This document shows, piece by piece, positions 25,326 through 35,923 of a stretch of DNA of 64,000 bases. The position numbers and the translations under genes are program-made. The notes beneath the pieces were generated by a model. That model ran no database searches. It worked only from the letters and a program-made list of their open reading frames with translations, and was not told the DNA's origin. This stretch comes from Pseudomonadota bacterium (GTDB taxonomy: Bacteria; Pseudomonadota; Alphaproteobacteria; Sphingomonadales; SMXR01): positions 20,117-84,116 of the forward strand of contig JACZSK010000001.1 in the NCBI GenBank assembly GCA_022574255.1. The letters run 5' to 3'. Every line of letters begins with the position of its first letter. Position 1 is the stretch's first letter.

Positions 25326-25915
25326 GCCTCCAGCTCGGTATCCCAATAGAGATAGTCGCGCCAGCTTTCATGCAGATAGTTTGGCGGGAAGGACCGGCCG
25401 TTCTCCATCAACTGATAGGATGATGGACGGTACGGTCGGATACGCGGCTGCATGCACGCCTGGCGTTGCGACTGGCCGCCTTTCTTAAGGTTGCAGGGGG
25501 CACAGGCGGTGGTTACATTCTGCCAGGTCGTGCGCCCACCCTGGGCTCGCGGGACCACATGATCGAAAGTCAGGTCGTCCATGGCGCCGCAATATTGGCA
25601 GGCGAAGCTGTCGCGCAGAAACAGGTTAAACCGGGTAAAGGCCGGATGCTTGGCGGGGCGGATATAATTTTTCAGTGAAATTACGCTGGGCAGCTTGATT
25701 TCGATCGAAGGCGAGTGGACCACCCGCTCATACTCTGAAATAATGTTGACGCGGTTCAGAAACACCGCCTTGAGGGCCGTCTGCCAGCACCAGAGAGACA
25801 GCGGGTAATAGCTCAACGGGCGGTGATCCGCGTTGAGAACGAGAGCCGGACAGGCCTCCGGTGTTTTCTGCGCCATCTGCAACATACCGGGCAGGATACG
25901 GCGTTTCCCCTGCAT
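25322..25915 (-). CDS. HNH endonuclease family protein
   Basis: CQYCG...LTFDHVVPRAQGGRTTWQNVTTACAPCNLKKG. The start may be an internal Met. Confidence 0.8.
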   Translation of the reverse strand: MQGKRRILPGMLQMAQKTPEACPALVLNADHRPLSYYPLSLWCWQTALKAVFLNRVNIISEYERVVHSPSIEIKLPSVISLKNYIRPAKHPAFTRFNLFLRDSFACQYCGAMDDLTFDHVVPRAQGGRTTWQNVTTACAPCNLKKGGQSQRQACMQPRIRPYRPSSYQLMENGRSFPPNYLHESWRDYLYWDTELEA

Positions 25916-25974
25916 GACAACATTTTATCTTGATTGAGTGCCGCCAGCGACGGCGGCAACATTGAGAAAACGCC

Positions 25975-26664
25975 TCAGCCGAATATGGTAGCGAGAAAAG
26001 TGCCGCCTTTTTGCAGACCTTCGGGAGCAATGGAATGGGCAATGCCCTGGCTCAAATGGCGCTGCACTTCCACCCCGGCGGCTTCCAGCGCCCCCGCCGC
26101 CTCGAACATGGCGGGAAACGGGACAGTGCTGTCCTGGTTGCCGTGGAACAGCGCCACCGGCGGCTTCGATTTCATTTCAGCTATCAGGTTCTCGGGCGCC
26201 GCCAAAGCCCCCGAAAAGCCCAGAATACCCGCCAACTGCTTCTTGCGCCGTGGGCCCACATGCAGGCCCATCATGGTGCCCTGGCTGAATCCGACCAGCG
26301 CCAGCCGGTTCTCGGAAAGCCCGTATTTCTCTAGCGACTGGTCGATGAATGCGTCGAGTACCGGCGCTGCCTTGTATACGCCCGCCTTGCGCTCTTCCTT
26401 GCTCATGGTGGTCAACGGGAACCATTGATAGCCTCCTGGCGCCCCGGGACAATCTTCAGGCGCATCGGGTGAGAGAAAGACCGTGCCGGGCAGGATTGCC
26501 TGCCATTGCGGCGCCAGCTGGATCAAGTCATTGCCGTTGGAACCGTACCCGTGACAAAGAATAACCATGCTTTCGGGCTGGCCGTTTTCCGGCTCCAGGA
26601 CGGGCCCCGTCAATTGGGAAACAACAGCATCGCTCACCAACTCTAACTCCTTCTTGGCGCTCAC
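25975..26664 (-). CDS. phospholipase/carboxylesterase family alpha/beta hydrolase
   Basis: 229 aa with nucleophile elbow GFSQGTMM, HG motif ILCHGYGSNG and C-terminal GIAHSI. Confidence 0.85.
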   Translation of the reverse strand: MSAKKELELVSDAVVSQLTGPVLEPENGQPESMVILCHGYGSNGNDLIQLAPQWQAILPGTVFLSPDAPEDCPGAPGGYQWFPLTTMSKEERKAGVYKAAPVLDAFIDQSLEKYGLSENRLALVGFSQGTMMGLHVGPRRKKQLAGILGFSGALAAPENLIAEMKSKPPVALFHGNQDSTVPFPAMFEAAGALEAAGVEVQRHLSQGIAHSIAPEGLQKGGTFLATIFG

Positions 26665-26718
26665 AGTTTGGGCTAATCTGTTTAACTCAATCGATCCTCA
26701 AAACCAACCGAGTGCTCC

Positions 26719-27606
26719 ATGCGCGATAAATTCGTAACCAGATTCGCCCCCAGCCCCACCGGGCACCTGCATCTGGGGCACGCTTTTTCAGCCCTGCAGG
26801 CCTGGCATGCGGCCCGTGAAGCCGATGGGCGTTTCCTGTTGCGCATCGAGGATATTGACAAGGGGCGTTGCAGGCCGGAATTCGAGGCCGCCATCATGGA
26901 AGACCTCGCCTGGTTGGGTATCGCCTGGGAGGAGCCGGTGAGACGGCAATCGGATCATTTCGCGGATTACGAGACTGCGCTTGATACGCTTCGGGCGCAG
27001 GGGCTGCTTTACCCCTGTTTCTGCACCCGGCGCGAGATCGCTGACGAAATCGCACATAGCCCTTCGGCTCCTCATGACCTGCCCGGCCCGAAAGGCCCGG
27101 ACGGGCCAATATATCCGGGTATTTGCCGGGACATGTCAGCGCATCAGATACAGATAAAGGAAGGCGTTGGCGCGGCATATGCGCTGCGCCTGGATCTGGA
27201 AAAAGCGACTGCCCTTCTAAAACAGCAGGGCGACTGGCCTTTGCGTTGGCAGGAAGGAGGGGGAGCGCCGGTGAAGGCCGATCCGCGCTCGCTGGGCGAC
27301 GTGGTGCTGGCGCGAAAGGATACGCCCACCTCCTATCATCTGGCGGTCACCGTGGATGATGCGCTGCAGGGGGTGACCCATGTCATCAGGGGCGAAGATC
27401 TTTTTCACGCCACCCACATTCACCGCGTCTTGCAGGCGTTGCTTGGCTATCCCGCACCACGCTACATCCACCACCCGCTGATCCGCGACGCCCGGGGAAG
27501 GCGCTTCGCCAAACGCGACAAGGCAGAGACACTCAGATCGCTGCGCCAGGGCGGTGAAAGCCCGGAGGCAATTATCAACCGGCTCGGGAACCTGACCGGC
27601 GGATAA
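26719..27606 (+). CDS. gluQ: tRNA glutamyl-Q(34) synthetase (GluQRS)
   Basis: 295 aa. RFAPSPTGHLHLGHAFSAL HIGH motif and a truncated GluRS catalytic domain without an anticodon-binding domain. Confidence 0.9.
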   Translation: MRDKFVTRFAPSPTGHLHLGHAFSALQAWHAAREADGRFLLRIEDIDKGRCRPEFEAAIMEDLAWLGIAWEEPVRRQSDHFADYETALDTLRAQGLLYPCFCTRREIADEIAHSPSAPHDLPGPKGPDGPIYPGICRDMSAHQIQIKEGVGAAYALRLDLEKATALLKQQGDWPLRWQEGGGAPVKADPRSLGDVVLARKDTPTSYHLAVTVDDALQGVTHVIRGEDLFHATHIHRVLQALLGYPAPRYIHHPLIRDARGRRFAKRDKAETLRSLRQGGESPEAIINRLGNLTGG

Positions 27607-27608
27607 GA

Positions 27609-29486
27609 TCAGGCTTTTTCCCAGCAAATCGCGAAATCAGACAGGACTTTGCCGATAGCCGCCTCGTCGGCATCCGACGTAACGCGGGCCACCATGCCCC
27701 GTTGCTTGTCGTCAAAGACCTCGAGTCCAACTGTAATCCCCGCGTCCGTCAGTGCCTTGGTCAGGGCATGGACTGCCGCGCTGCAACGCAGGGCCGGCTT
27801 GAATATCTTGCCAACGCTGGTGACCGGCATCTGATCCAGTATTTCGACTCGCACGGGCACCGCCGCGCGCTCGGTGATATTCTTGCGGGCCAAATCTTCC
27901 AATTCTCCTGATTCCACTGAAGCGCCCGCAGAGAGCGCAACAAAAGCCACCGGCAGCTCGCCAGCGTAAGCATCCAGTTGGCCAACGGCCGCCGCCAGTT
28001 CGACCGCCGGATGCAGCGCCAGAACCTCTTCGATCAGGCCCGGATCGATATTGTGCCCACCGCGAATGATGACATCCTTGGCCCGGCCGGTGAGCCAGAA
28101 ATAGCCGTCTTTGTCACAGCGCCCCAGATCGCCGGTCAGCATCCAGCCGTCATCGAGAAAGAGCCCGATATTGGCCTCTTCCTGCAAATAACCGGCGAAG
28201 ATGTTGGGGCCGCGAATGGCGATGACGCCGACCTCGTCTTCTCCGCAATCGCCGAGGTATAAGCCCTTGTCGTCCAGCATCACCGCCTTCATCTCCTGAT
28301 AGGCGATGCGGTAGCCAATCGACCCCACGCGCCGCTCCCCATCCAGAGGATTGCACGAACTCACGCAGGTGCCCTCGGTCAGGCCATAACCCTCGAGGAT
28401 ACCCACCCCTGTTACCCTCTGGAACTGGCGGATCAATTCTCTTGGCATTGGCGCGGCGCCGCAGACAGCGTATTTGAGAGAGCTCAAATCAGCGCCGCCT
28501 GTTGGGACGCCCAACAGCTTTGCAAACAGGGTGGGAACCCCGGAGAAGGTCGTGGCACGGTATTTTTCCACCAGCTTCCAGAAATTCGCGATGACCTTCG
28601 GCGAGCGGTAACCCAGGGGCGTTAGAAGAACAACGCAGCTGCCGCGATAAAAGGCGTTCACGCCGGTGACCATCACCGCATTGACATGAAAAAGCGGCAA
28701 ACCGCAGAACATGACGCTCTGTTCGTCCATCTGGATGTTCAGGGCCACTGCCATGGGCATAAAGGCCTCGTTCAAGTGGCTGTGCCGCGCCAGCTTGGGC
28801 GTGCCCGTGGTGCCGCCGGTGTGAAAATAGGCAGCGATATCCGATTCCACGATGACGCGCCCGCTGACCAGCCGGTCGGCGGTTTGCTCCGCCATGGCAG
28901 TATTGAAATCCAGTATGGGAATCCCGCCATCCGTTGCACCCGCCGCCGCGCCAACCCCTTTCCAGACCGGTCGGGGAACGACCTGGAAAACAGTCTGTAT
29001 GGTGCCGACCGCATCGATAATGGGCGCAACCTTATCCCATATCTCGCTCCAGCCCGGCATTGGCGCCAATGTCACAAGAACCTTGGTGCCCGCCGCCCGC
29101 AGCAATTCGAGGATCGTCTCCGGCTCCAGAAACGGGTTGATGGCATTGACAATCCCCGCTGCCTGGCCACCCCAGATTGTGTAATGGGTCTCCGTCAGGT
29201 TGGGCAGGATGTAGGACACAACGTCGTCCCTGCCTACGCCGCGGCTGTGGAACAGGTTTGCCGCCTGGGTAACCCTCGCCCCCAATTCTCTGTAAGAAAC
29301 GACCAACGGCTTCTCATCCACGTCACCCTCAAGCAGGAACTTGAGCGCAGGCCGGTCGGCGAATTCCGCCGCCGCTCGCTGGATCAGATCGTAGGTGTTG
29401 GTTGCGGTCAGCCGATCGCGCCAGGGAGTGCCCTCGAATGCCTCAATATCGGCCAGACAGGTAATGCTGGTCGGGGTTTTGCTCAA
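27609..29486 (-). CDS. acyl-CoA synthetase (AMP-forming)
   Basis: 625 aa. AMP-binding motif YFHTGGTTGTPKLARHSH and later GDLGRCDKDGYFWLTGRAKDVIIRGGHNI. Confidence 0.9.
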   Translation of the reverse strand: MSKTPTSITCLADIEAFEGTPWRDRLTATNTYDLIQRAAAEFADRPALKFLLEGDVDEKPLVVSYRELGARVTQAANLFHSRGVGRDDVVSYILPNLTETHYTIWGGQAAGIVNAINPFLEPETILELLRAAGTKVLVTLAPMPGWSEIWDKVAPIIDAVGTIQTVFQVVPRPVWKGVGAAAGATDGGIPILDFNTAMAEQTADRLVSGRVIVESDIAAYFHTGGTTGTPKLARHSHLNEAFMPMAVALNIQMDEQSVMFCGLPLFHVNAVMVTGVNAFYRGSCVVLLTPLGYRSPKVIANFWKLVEKYRATTFSGVPTLFAKLLGVPTGGADLSSLKYAVCGAAPMPRELIRQFQRVTGVGILEGYGLTEGTCVSSCNPLDGERRVGSIGYRIAYQEMKAVMLDDKGLYLGDCGEDEVGVIAIRGPNIFAGYLQEEANIGLFLDDGWMLTGDLGRCDKDGYFWLTGRAKDVIIRGGHNIDPGLIEEVLALHPAVELAAAVGQLDAYAGELPVAFVALSAGASVESGELEDLARKNITERAAVPVRVEILDQMPVTSVGKIFKPALRCSAAVHALTKALTDAGITVGLEVFDDKQRGMVARVTSDADEAAIGKVLSDFAICWEKA

Positions 29487-29592
29487 AACGGCTACTCCTG
29501 CTGGTGCTGGCAGAGCCTATAGAACACTGGCCGCGGACGCAATTGGCGGAATTAGGGGGGACTGGAAGGACCGGGAGGGATATAACGAATTT

Positions 29593-29787
29593 ATGGGAAT
29601 GATGACGATTCTGGTTTTCACGGCTCTGCTGATTGTCCTGGTGATCCTGATTGCGGGCCTGCTGGCCATGGGCCGGCGGGGAAAGGAAGCAGCGCGCCTG
29701 TCGAACAAATTAATGCGTTGGCGGATTGCGGCGCAGTTTCTGGCAATCGGTCTGATTGTCATTCTGGTTATCCTCGAGGGCCGATAG
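29593..29787 (+). CDS. twin-TM HIG1-like small membrane protein
   Basis: ATG 29593 within track ORF 29395. 64 aa, two TM helices separated by RRGKEAARLSNKLMRWR. Confidence 0.6.
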   Translation: MGMMTILVFTALLIVLVILIAGLLAMGRRGKEAARLSNKLMRWRIAAQFLAIGLIVILVILEGR

Positions 29788-29795
29788 CACTGCCG

Positions 29796-30362
29796 ATGGT
29801 CAAATTAACAAAAATCTATACCCGCGGCGGCGACAAGGGCGAAGCGTCGCTGGTTGGCGGCGAGCGGCGCGTCAAAAGTGACCAGCGTTTTGCGGCGATT
29901 GGCGCTGTGGATGAAACCAACGCCGCGATCGGCCTTGCGAGAAACTTCACCAAGGGAGACGCCGACGAAATACTGGCGCGGGTGCAGAACGACCTGTTCG
30001 ATCTGGGGGCCGATCTGGCCACCCCTGGCAGTGAGGCCAGTGATAACGCGCTGCGCATGACCGACGCCCAGACCAAGAGGCTGGAGAGGGAAATTGATCT
30101 CATCAACGGGGCGCTGCAGCCGCTATCGAGCTTCGTCCTGCCCGGAGGCAGCGCCGCATCCAGCCATATCCATGTGGCGCGCACCATAACCCGCCGCGCC
30201 GAGCGGGAGATGGTGGGCCTGGCTTCGAGCGAGGCCCTGAACGCGGCGGCGTTATGTTATATCAACCGCCTTTCCGACCTTCTGTTCGTACTGGCAAGGC
30301 ATTTGAACAACGAAGGCAAGGCGGATGTTCTATGGCTGCCCGGCGCCAACCGCGAGCCTTGA
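29796..30362 (+). CDS. ATP:cob(I)alamin adenosyltransferase (PduO type)
   Basis: ATG 29796. MVKLTKIYTRGGDKGEASL and VLPGGSAASSHIHVARTITRRAER motifs. Confidence 0.85.
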   Translation: MVKLTKIYTRGGDKGEASLVGGERRVKSDQRFAAIGAVDETNAAIGLARNFTKGDADEILARVQNDLFDLGADLATPGSEASDNALRMTDAQTKRLEREIDLINGALQPLSSFVLPGGSAASSHIHVARTITRRAEREMVGLASSEALNAAALCYINRLSDLLFVLARHLNNEGKADVLWLPGANREP

Positions 30363-30516
30363 GGTGGCTGAGACGCTGGAGGGCAAAACCGCTTCCAGCG
30401 CAACATCGGGGGCCAATTCCGCTGTTGCCATACCCCCTCCGGATCATTGACTCGATGCGGTGCATCGGGTATCGCTATCGGCCCGAGAAGCAGGGAAAAT
30501 CAAGGACACATCGCGG

Positions 30517-31263
30517 ATGAAAATTCTGGTCCCGGTAAAGCGGGTGGTCGATTTTAACGTCAAGGTCAGGGTCAAATCCGACCAAACGGGCGTCGAACTT
30601 GCCAACGTGAAGATGTCGATGAATCCCTTCGATGAAATCGCCATCGAAGAAGCGATCCGCCTGAAAGAGGCAGGCAAGGGCGAAGAAATTATCGTTGTCT
30701 CAATTGGGCCGGTACAGGCCCGGGAAACCATCCGCACCGGCTTGGCCATGGGCGGCGACCGCGGAATCCTGGTAAAATGGGACGCCGAGGCGGAGCCGCT
30801 TGCGGTCGCCAAACTGCTGAAAGCAATTGTCGATGAAGAAAGCCCCGACCTGGTGATTATGGGCAAACAGGCGATCGACGACGACTGCAACCAGACCGGC
30901 CAGATGCTGGCCCAGATGCTGGGCTGGGCCCAGGGCACTTTTGCCTCCGAAATAACGGTCGGCGACGGCAGCCTGAATGTCACGCGTGAGATCGATGGCG
31001 GGCTGGAGACCATTGAAATCAAAATGCCGGCGGTGGTGACCACCGATTTGAGACTGAACGAGCCGCGTTACGCCTCGCTGCCGAACATCATGAAAGCCAA
31101 GCGGAAAGAGATCGCCGAAAAAACACCGGAAGACTATGGTGTCGATATGACACCGCGCCTGACCATCCTGAAGGTCGAGGAACCGGCCGGACGCCAGGCC
31201 GGCATTAAAGTCGAGAGCGTCGCGGAACTGGTCGAAAAACTCAGGGAAGAGGGAGTGATCTGA
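30517..31263 (+). CDS. etfB: electron transfer flavoprotein beta subunit
   Basis: ATG 30517. [20 protein letters not shown] and the rest of the protein are canonical EtfB. Confidence 0.9.
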   Translation: MKILVPVKRVVDFNVKVRVKSDQTGVELANVKMSMNPFDEIAIEEAIRLKEAGKGEEIIVVSIGPVQARETIRTGLAMGGDRGILVKWDAEAEPLAVAKLLKAIVDEESPDLVIMGKQAIDDDCNQTGQMLAQMLGWAQGTFASEITVGDGSLNVTREIDGGLETIEIKMPAVVTTDLRLNEPRYASLPNIMKAKRKEIAEKTPEDYGVDMTPRLTILKVEEPAGRQAGIKVESVAELVEKLREEGVI

Positions 31264-32192
31264 TGGCGGTTCTGGTTGTTGCCGAACATGATAACAGCGT
31301 CCTCAAGGACGCGACCCTGAACACGGTCACCGCAGCCGGAGAATTGGGCGGCGACATCCATATACTGGTCGCCGGAGCTGATTGCGGCGCCGTCGTCGAG
31401 GCCGCCGCAAAGGTGGCTGGCGTGACCAAGGTTTTGCAGGCCGATGCGCCGGCCTACGAGCATCCCCTGGCCGAGGCCCTGGCAAATCTGGTTACTGGCA
31501 TGGCAGGCGAGTATGACGCGATCCTTGCGCCCGCCACCACCACCGGCAAGAATTTCATGCCGCGTGTTGCGGCGGCGCTGGATGTGGCACAGATTTCAGA
31601 AATTATTGCCGTCGACAGTGCCGATACTTTCAAACGTCCGATTTATGCGGGCAATGCCATCCAGACGGTACAGAGCAGCGACGCCAAGAAGATAATTACC
31701 GTACGCACCACGGCATTTGCTGCTGCGGCCGCCGAGGGTGGCAGCGCCAGCATTGAGGATGCGCCCGCGACCGAGGATCCCGGCCTCTCCAGCTTCGTGA
31801 AAGCCGAGCTGAGCAAGTCGGAGCGCCCCGAGCTTACCAGCGCAAAAATTATTATTTCCGGCGGACGCGGCATGGGCAGCAGCGAGAACTTCAAGCTGGT
31901 CGAGGCCGTGGCCGACAAACTGGGAGCGGCCGTTGGCGCCAGCCGCGCCGCGGTCGACGCAGGATTCGCGCCCAACGATTTCCAGGTCGGCCAGACCGGA
32001 AAAATAGTTGCGCCCGACCTCTATATCGCCGTGGGCATTTCCGGCGCCATCCAGCATCTGGCGGGCATGAAAGACAGCAAGATCATCGTTGCAATCAACA
32101 AGGACGAAGAAGCGCCCATATTCCAGATCGCCGACTACGGCCTGGTGGCGGACCTGTTCGACGCCCTGCCCGAACTGGAAAAGGCGCTGTAG
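31263..32192 (+). CDS. etfA: electron transfer flavoprotein alpha subunit
   Basis: 309 aa, coupled to etfB. Contains [37 protein letters not shown]. Confidence 0.9.
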   Translation: MAVLVVAEHDNSVLKDATLNTVTAAGELGGDIHILVAGADCGAVVEAAAKVAGVTKVLQADAPAYEHPLAEALANLVTGMAGEYDAILAPATTTGKNFMPRVAAALDVAQISEIIAVDSADTFKRPIYAGNAIQTVQSSDAKKIITVRTTAFAAAAAEGGSASIEDAPATEDPGLSSFVKAELSKSERPELTSAKIIISGGRGMGSSENFKLVEAVADKLGAAVGASRAAVDAGFAPNDFQVGQTGKIVAPDLYIAVGISGAIQHLAGMKDSKIIVAINKDEEAPIFQIADYGLVADLFDALPELEKAL

Positions 32193-32225
32193 CGGAATTC
32201 GCGGCGCGGGAAGGACAGTTATTTC

Positions 32226-33101
32226 ATGATCAAGAAAATAGGCGTGATCGGGGCGGGACAGATGGGTAACGGTATTGCCCACGTTGCCGCCCTGCACGGA
32301 TATGACGTGGTGATGAGTGATCTGAAGCAGGAGCAGGCGGACGCCGGGCTCGCGGTGATTCGCCGCAATATGACCCGGCAGGTGGCCAAGGAGATCATCT
32401 CCGGCGATGACATGGAGGCCGCGCTTTCCCGCATTACGCCAGTGGCCGGGCTGGATGCTTTTGGTGATGTGGATATCGCCATTGAGGCGGCGACCGAGGA
32501 TGAGGCCGTAAAAAAGGCGATCCTCGCGGAACTCTGCCCGAAGTTGAAGCCCGAGGCATTGGTCGCGTCAAACACCTCATCAATTTCCATCACCCGGCTG
32601 GCGTCATCGACCGACCGGCCGGACAAATTCGTCGGCATGCATTTTATGAACCCCGTGCCGCTGATGAAGCTGGTAGAGCTTATTCCCGGCATCGCCACCA
32701 GCGACGAGACATTTGCCGCTGTTCAGGAACTGGCCGATAATCTGGAAAAAATTTCGGCGGTCTCGGAGGATTTTCCCGGCTTTATCGTCAACCGCATTCT
32801 GATGCCCATGATCAACGAGGCGATTTATACCCTGTACGAGGGCGTCGGCACCGTGGAAGGCATCGACAGGGGCCTGCGGCTGGGCGCCAATCATCCCATG
32901 GGGCCCCTGACGCTGGCCGATTTCATTGGGCTGGATACATGCCTTGCGATCATGCAGGTGCTTTACGAAGGGCTTGCGGATTCCAAATACCGCCCCTGCC
33001 CGCTGCTGGTCAAATATGTCGAGGCGGGCTGGCTGGGCAAAAAAACAGGCCGCGGGTTTTATGATTACAGCGGCGACGGCGACCCGGTTCCAACAAGATA
33101 G
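32226..33101 (+). CDS. hbd: 3-hydroxybutyryl-CoA dehydrogenase
   Basis: 291 aa with Rossmann GVIGAGQMGNGIA and NTSSISIT and HFMNPVP motifs. Confidence 0.9.
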   Translation: MIKKIGVIGAGQMGNGIAHVAALHGYDVVMSDLKQEQADAGLAVIRRNMTRQVAKEIISGDDMEAALSRITPVAGLDAFGDVDIAIEAATEDEAVKKAILAELCPKLKPEALVASNTSSISITRLASSTDRPDKFVGMHFMNPVPLMKLVELIPGIATSDETFAAVQELADNLEKISAVSEDFPGFIVNRILMPMINEAIYTLYEGVGTVEGIDRGLRLGANHPMGPLTLADFIGLDTCLAIMQVLYEGLADSKYRPCPLLVKYVEAGWLGKKTGRGFYDYSGDGDPVPTR

Positions 33102-33107
33102 ACAGCC

Positions 33108-33761
33108 ATGACCGCCCTGAAGCTGATCATCGCCAACAAGAATTATTCGTCCTGGTCGCTCAGGCCCTGGCTGTTGATGAAACAATTCGGCATCGAATTC
33201 GAGGAAGAACTGCTGCCGCTGGACACAGATGAATTCCGTAAAAGGACCGCCGGGTTTTCAGCGAATGGCTGTGTGCCGGTTCTGCTGCAAGGCGAGCGGA
33301 TTATCTGGGATACGCTGGCCATAGTCGAATACCTGGCGGAGCTGTTCCCGGAGAAGAATCTCTGGCCGGAAGACGTCGAAGCACGCGCCTTTGCCCGCTC
33401 AATCGCCGCGGAGATGCATTCCGGCTTTTCCGCACTGCGCAATGAAATGCCGATGAATATTCGCGGTGATCACAGGGATTTCTCCTGCTCGGATGCGGTA
33501 ACCGCCAATATCGACCGGATTTTCGATATCTGGCAGACCTGCCGCGACCGATTTGGCGCCGGTGGGGATATGCTGTTCGGTGATTTTTCCGCTGCTGATG
33601 CCTTTTATGCGCCGGTCATATGGCGGTTTCGCACTTACGGCATAGCCGCGCCGGGCACCCTGGCCAACTACATGGAGACCATGATCGCACTGCCGGCAAT
33701 GCAGGAATGGAAGGTTGCGGGCGAGGCCGAGCCCTGGACCGTCGCGGTGGACGAAATTTAG
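33108..33761 (+). CDS. glutathione S-transferase family protein
   Basis: 217 aa, NYSSWSLRPWLLM N-terminal thioredoxin-like fold. Typical of the alphaproteobacterial GST-like family. Confidence 0.8.
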   Translation: MTALKLIIANKNYSSWSLRPWLLMKQFGIEFEEELLPLDTDEFRKRTAGFSANGCVPVLLQGERIIWDTLAIVEYLAELFPEKNLWPEDVEARAFARSIAAEMHSGFSALRNEMPMNIRGDHRDFSCSDAVTANIDRIFDIWQTCRDRFGAGGDMLFGDFSAADAFYAPVIWRFRTYGIAAPGTLANYMETMIALPAMQEWKVAGEAEPWTVAVDEI

Positions 33762-34342
33762 AACCCGTCTTTTTCGCTCTCAATCGCCACTTCCAGAAAA
33801 CGCGCCATTGCCGCTGAGTCCCAGTCGGCGTCGCCAATATAGCGGCCCAGCCAGCGCCCGTCGGCGCCGATCAAGACAGTCGTCGGCAGCCCGGTGGCGC
33901 CGACCTCCAGCGATAATTTATTCGATCTGTCCAGATAGGCTGCAAGCGCGTCGATCCCGTTTTCGGCAAAAAACGGGTCGATGACTGCAAAGCCCTTGCG
34001 ATCAAGCGAGATTGTAATCACCCTGAACTTCTCGCTGCCCATTCGCTGTTGCAGCCGATTGAGGGCGGGCATCTCGGCCAGGCATGGCACGCACCAGGTG
34101 GCCCAGAAATTTGCCAGCACCACCTGGCCGGGGAATGAAGCCAAATTCACCGAATTACCGGCCCGGTCCAGAAAGGCGGTCGCGGGCGCCGGCTGCGGCT
34201 CGTCGAATATCTCGAACCGCACCAGGTCGCCAACGGCAAGCGCCTGAAGCGCGCCCGGCAATTGCGGTTTCTGCGCAGCAATGTATGCTGCGCCAGCGAC
34301 TATGGCGGTCAGCAGGGCTATTAGCACCAACCTTTGCTTCAT
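33758..34342 (-). CDS. TlpA-family thiol:disulfide interchange protein
   Basis: The internal ATG (34342-34340) is preceded by ggagg. MKQRLVLIALLTAIVAGAAYIA anchor and WATWCVPC active site. Confidence 0.85.
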   Translation of the reverse strand: MKQRLVLIALLTAIVAGAAYIAAQKPQLPGALQALAVGDLVRFEIFDEPQPAPATAFLDRAGNSVNLASFPGQVVLANFWATWCVPCLAEMPALNRLQQRMGSEKFRVITISLDRKGFAVIDPFFAENGIDALAAYLDRSNKLSLEVGATGLPTTVLIGADGRWLGRYIGDADWDSAAMARFLEVAIESEKDGF

Positions 34343-34373
34343 GTGGTTAACCTCCGCCAAGGGAATTTGAAAA

Positions 34374-35807
34374 ATGGCCGAAAAGAGCAGTGGACAGGAT
34401 AGCGGCAATGCGGGCTCCAATGCAATGTGGGGCGCGCGGTTCGATCGTGGCCCGGTCGAAGCCATGGAAGGTATCAATAGCTCCCTGCATTTTGACCGGC
34501 GTCTGGCGGCACAGGACGTTCGGGCTTCCCGCGCCCATTGTCGAATGTTGGGCAAAACCGGGATAATATCAAGCGAGGCCAGTTCAAGAATTCTTGAGGG
34601 GCTCGATTTGATTGAGAAGGAGCTCGCCGACGGCAGCTTTCCTTTTGATGCCAAGCTTGAAGACATTCACATGAACGTGGAAGCGCGGCTGGCGGCGCTG
34701 ATCGGCGAAGATGCCGGCAGGCTGCACACGGCACGCTCACGCAACGACCAGGTGGCCACTGATTTCAGGCTGTGGGTCAGGGACAATATCGACGCACTGG
34801 ATGACGGGCTGAAAGCTTTTCAGGGGGCCCTCATTGCGCAGGCCGAGACCCATGCCGATACGATCATGCCCGGCTTCACGCATATGCAGGGGGCGCAGCC
34901 GGTGACTTTTGGTCACCATCTGATGGCCTATTATGAGATGGCCCGGCGTGACCGGAGCAGGCTGGCCGACTGCCGCGAGCGGTTGAATGAATGCCCGTTG
35001 GGTGCGGGCGCGTTGGCCGGAACCCCCTTTCCCATAGACCGTGCGGCCACCGCCGATGCGCTGGAATTCAGGGAGCCCGCGCGCAATTCAATGGACGCAG
35101 TTTCGGACAGGGATTTTGCCCTCGAATTTCTCTCCGCACTTTCCATCGCAGCCGTTCATCTCTCAAGGCTTGCGGAGGAAATTGTGCTCTGGTCGGGCCC
35201 GCAATTCGCTTTCGTCCGGCTCAGCGATTCCTTTTCAACCGGCTCGTCGATCATGCCGCAGAAACGCAATCCCGATGGCGCCGAACTGGTGCGCGCCAAG
35301 GCAGGACGTATCATCGGCTCTCTCACTGGCCTGCTTGTTGTCATGAAGGGCCTGCCGCTGGCCTATTCCAAGGATATGCAAGAGGACAAGGAGCCGGTCT
35401 TCGACGCCGCCGGAACTTTTGAATCCTGCATCGCGGTAATGACCGGCATGATTGCGGACCTGGAAGTTGACAAGGCACGCATGGCAGAGGCCGCCAATGC
35501 GGGTTTCCTGACCGCAACCGACCTGGCCGACTGGCTGGTGCGTAGCCTGGAATTACCGTTTCGCAAGGCGCATCACATCACCGGATCAATCGTCAAACTG
35601 GCCGAAGAAAAGAATTGCGGCCTGGCGGAACTGGCCCTGGCGGAAATGCAAAAGATCGAGCCCGGAATAAATGCGGACGTATTTAGCGTCCTGGCCGCGG
35701 ACAAATCCGTCGCGAGCCGTTCGGGTCTTGGCGGCACTGCGCCCGGAGCCGTGCGCGCCGCCATCGCAATTGCCAGGAAGGAACTGGCCAGGAAGGAACT
35801 GGAATGA
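34374..35807 (+). CDS. argH: argininosuccinate lyase
   Basis: 477 aa with MWGARF and fumarate-lyase signature [15 protein letters not shown]. The true start may be Met18. Confidence 0.95.
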   Translation: MAEKSSGQDSGNAGSNAMWGARFDRGPVEAMEGINSSLHFDRRLAAQDVRASRAHCRMLGKTGIISSEASSRILEGLDLIEKELADGSFPFDAKLEDIHMNVEARLAALIGEDAGRLHTARSRNDQVATDFRLWVRDNIDALDDGLKAFQGALIAQAETHADTIMPGFTHMQGAQPVTFGHHLMAYYEMARRDRSRLADCRERLNECPLGAGALAGTPFPIDRAATADALEFREPARNSMDAVSDRDFALEFLSALSIAAVHLSRLAEEIVLWSGPQFAFVRLSDSFSTGSSIMPQKRNPDGAELVRAKAGRIIGSLTGLLVVMKGLPLAYSKDMQEDKEPVFDAAGTFESCIAVMTGMIADLEVDKARMAEAANAGFLTATDLADWLVRSLELPFRKAHHITGSIVKLAEEKNCGLAELALAEMQKIEPGINADVFSVLAADKSVASRSGLGGTAPGAVRAAIAIARKELARKELE

Positions 35808-35923
35808 GCAGACTATTGATCAGCTTGGCTCTTCTCATAGCCCTGTTGCCGTTGCAATCCTGCGGGAAAAAGGGCGATCTGGAACCGCCGGAGAGCTACC
35901 GTGAAAGACATCAGGAGGACTGA
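35804..35923 (+). CDS. small lipoprotein (39 aa, not in ORF track)
   Basis: My own translation gives [39 protein letters not shown]. Lipobox LQSC, and the ATG overlaps the argH stop (ATGA at 35804-35807). Confidence 0.55.
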   Translation: MSRLLISLALLIALLPLQSCGKKGDLEPPESYRERHQED

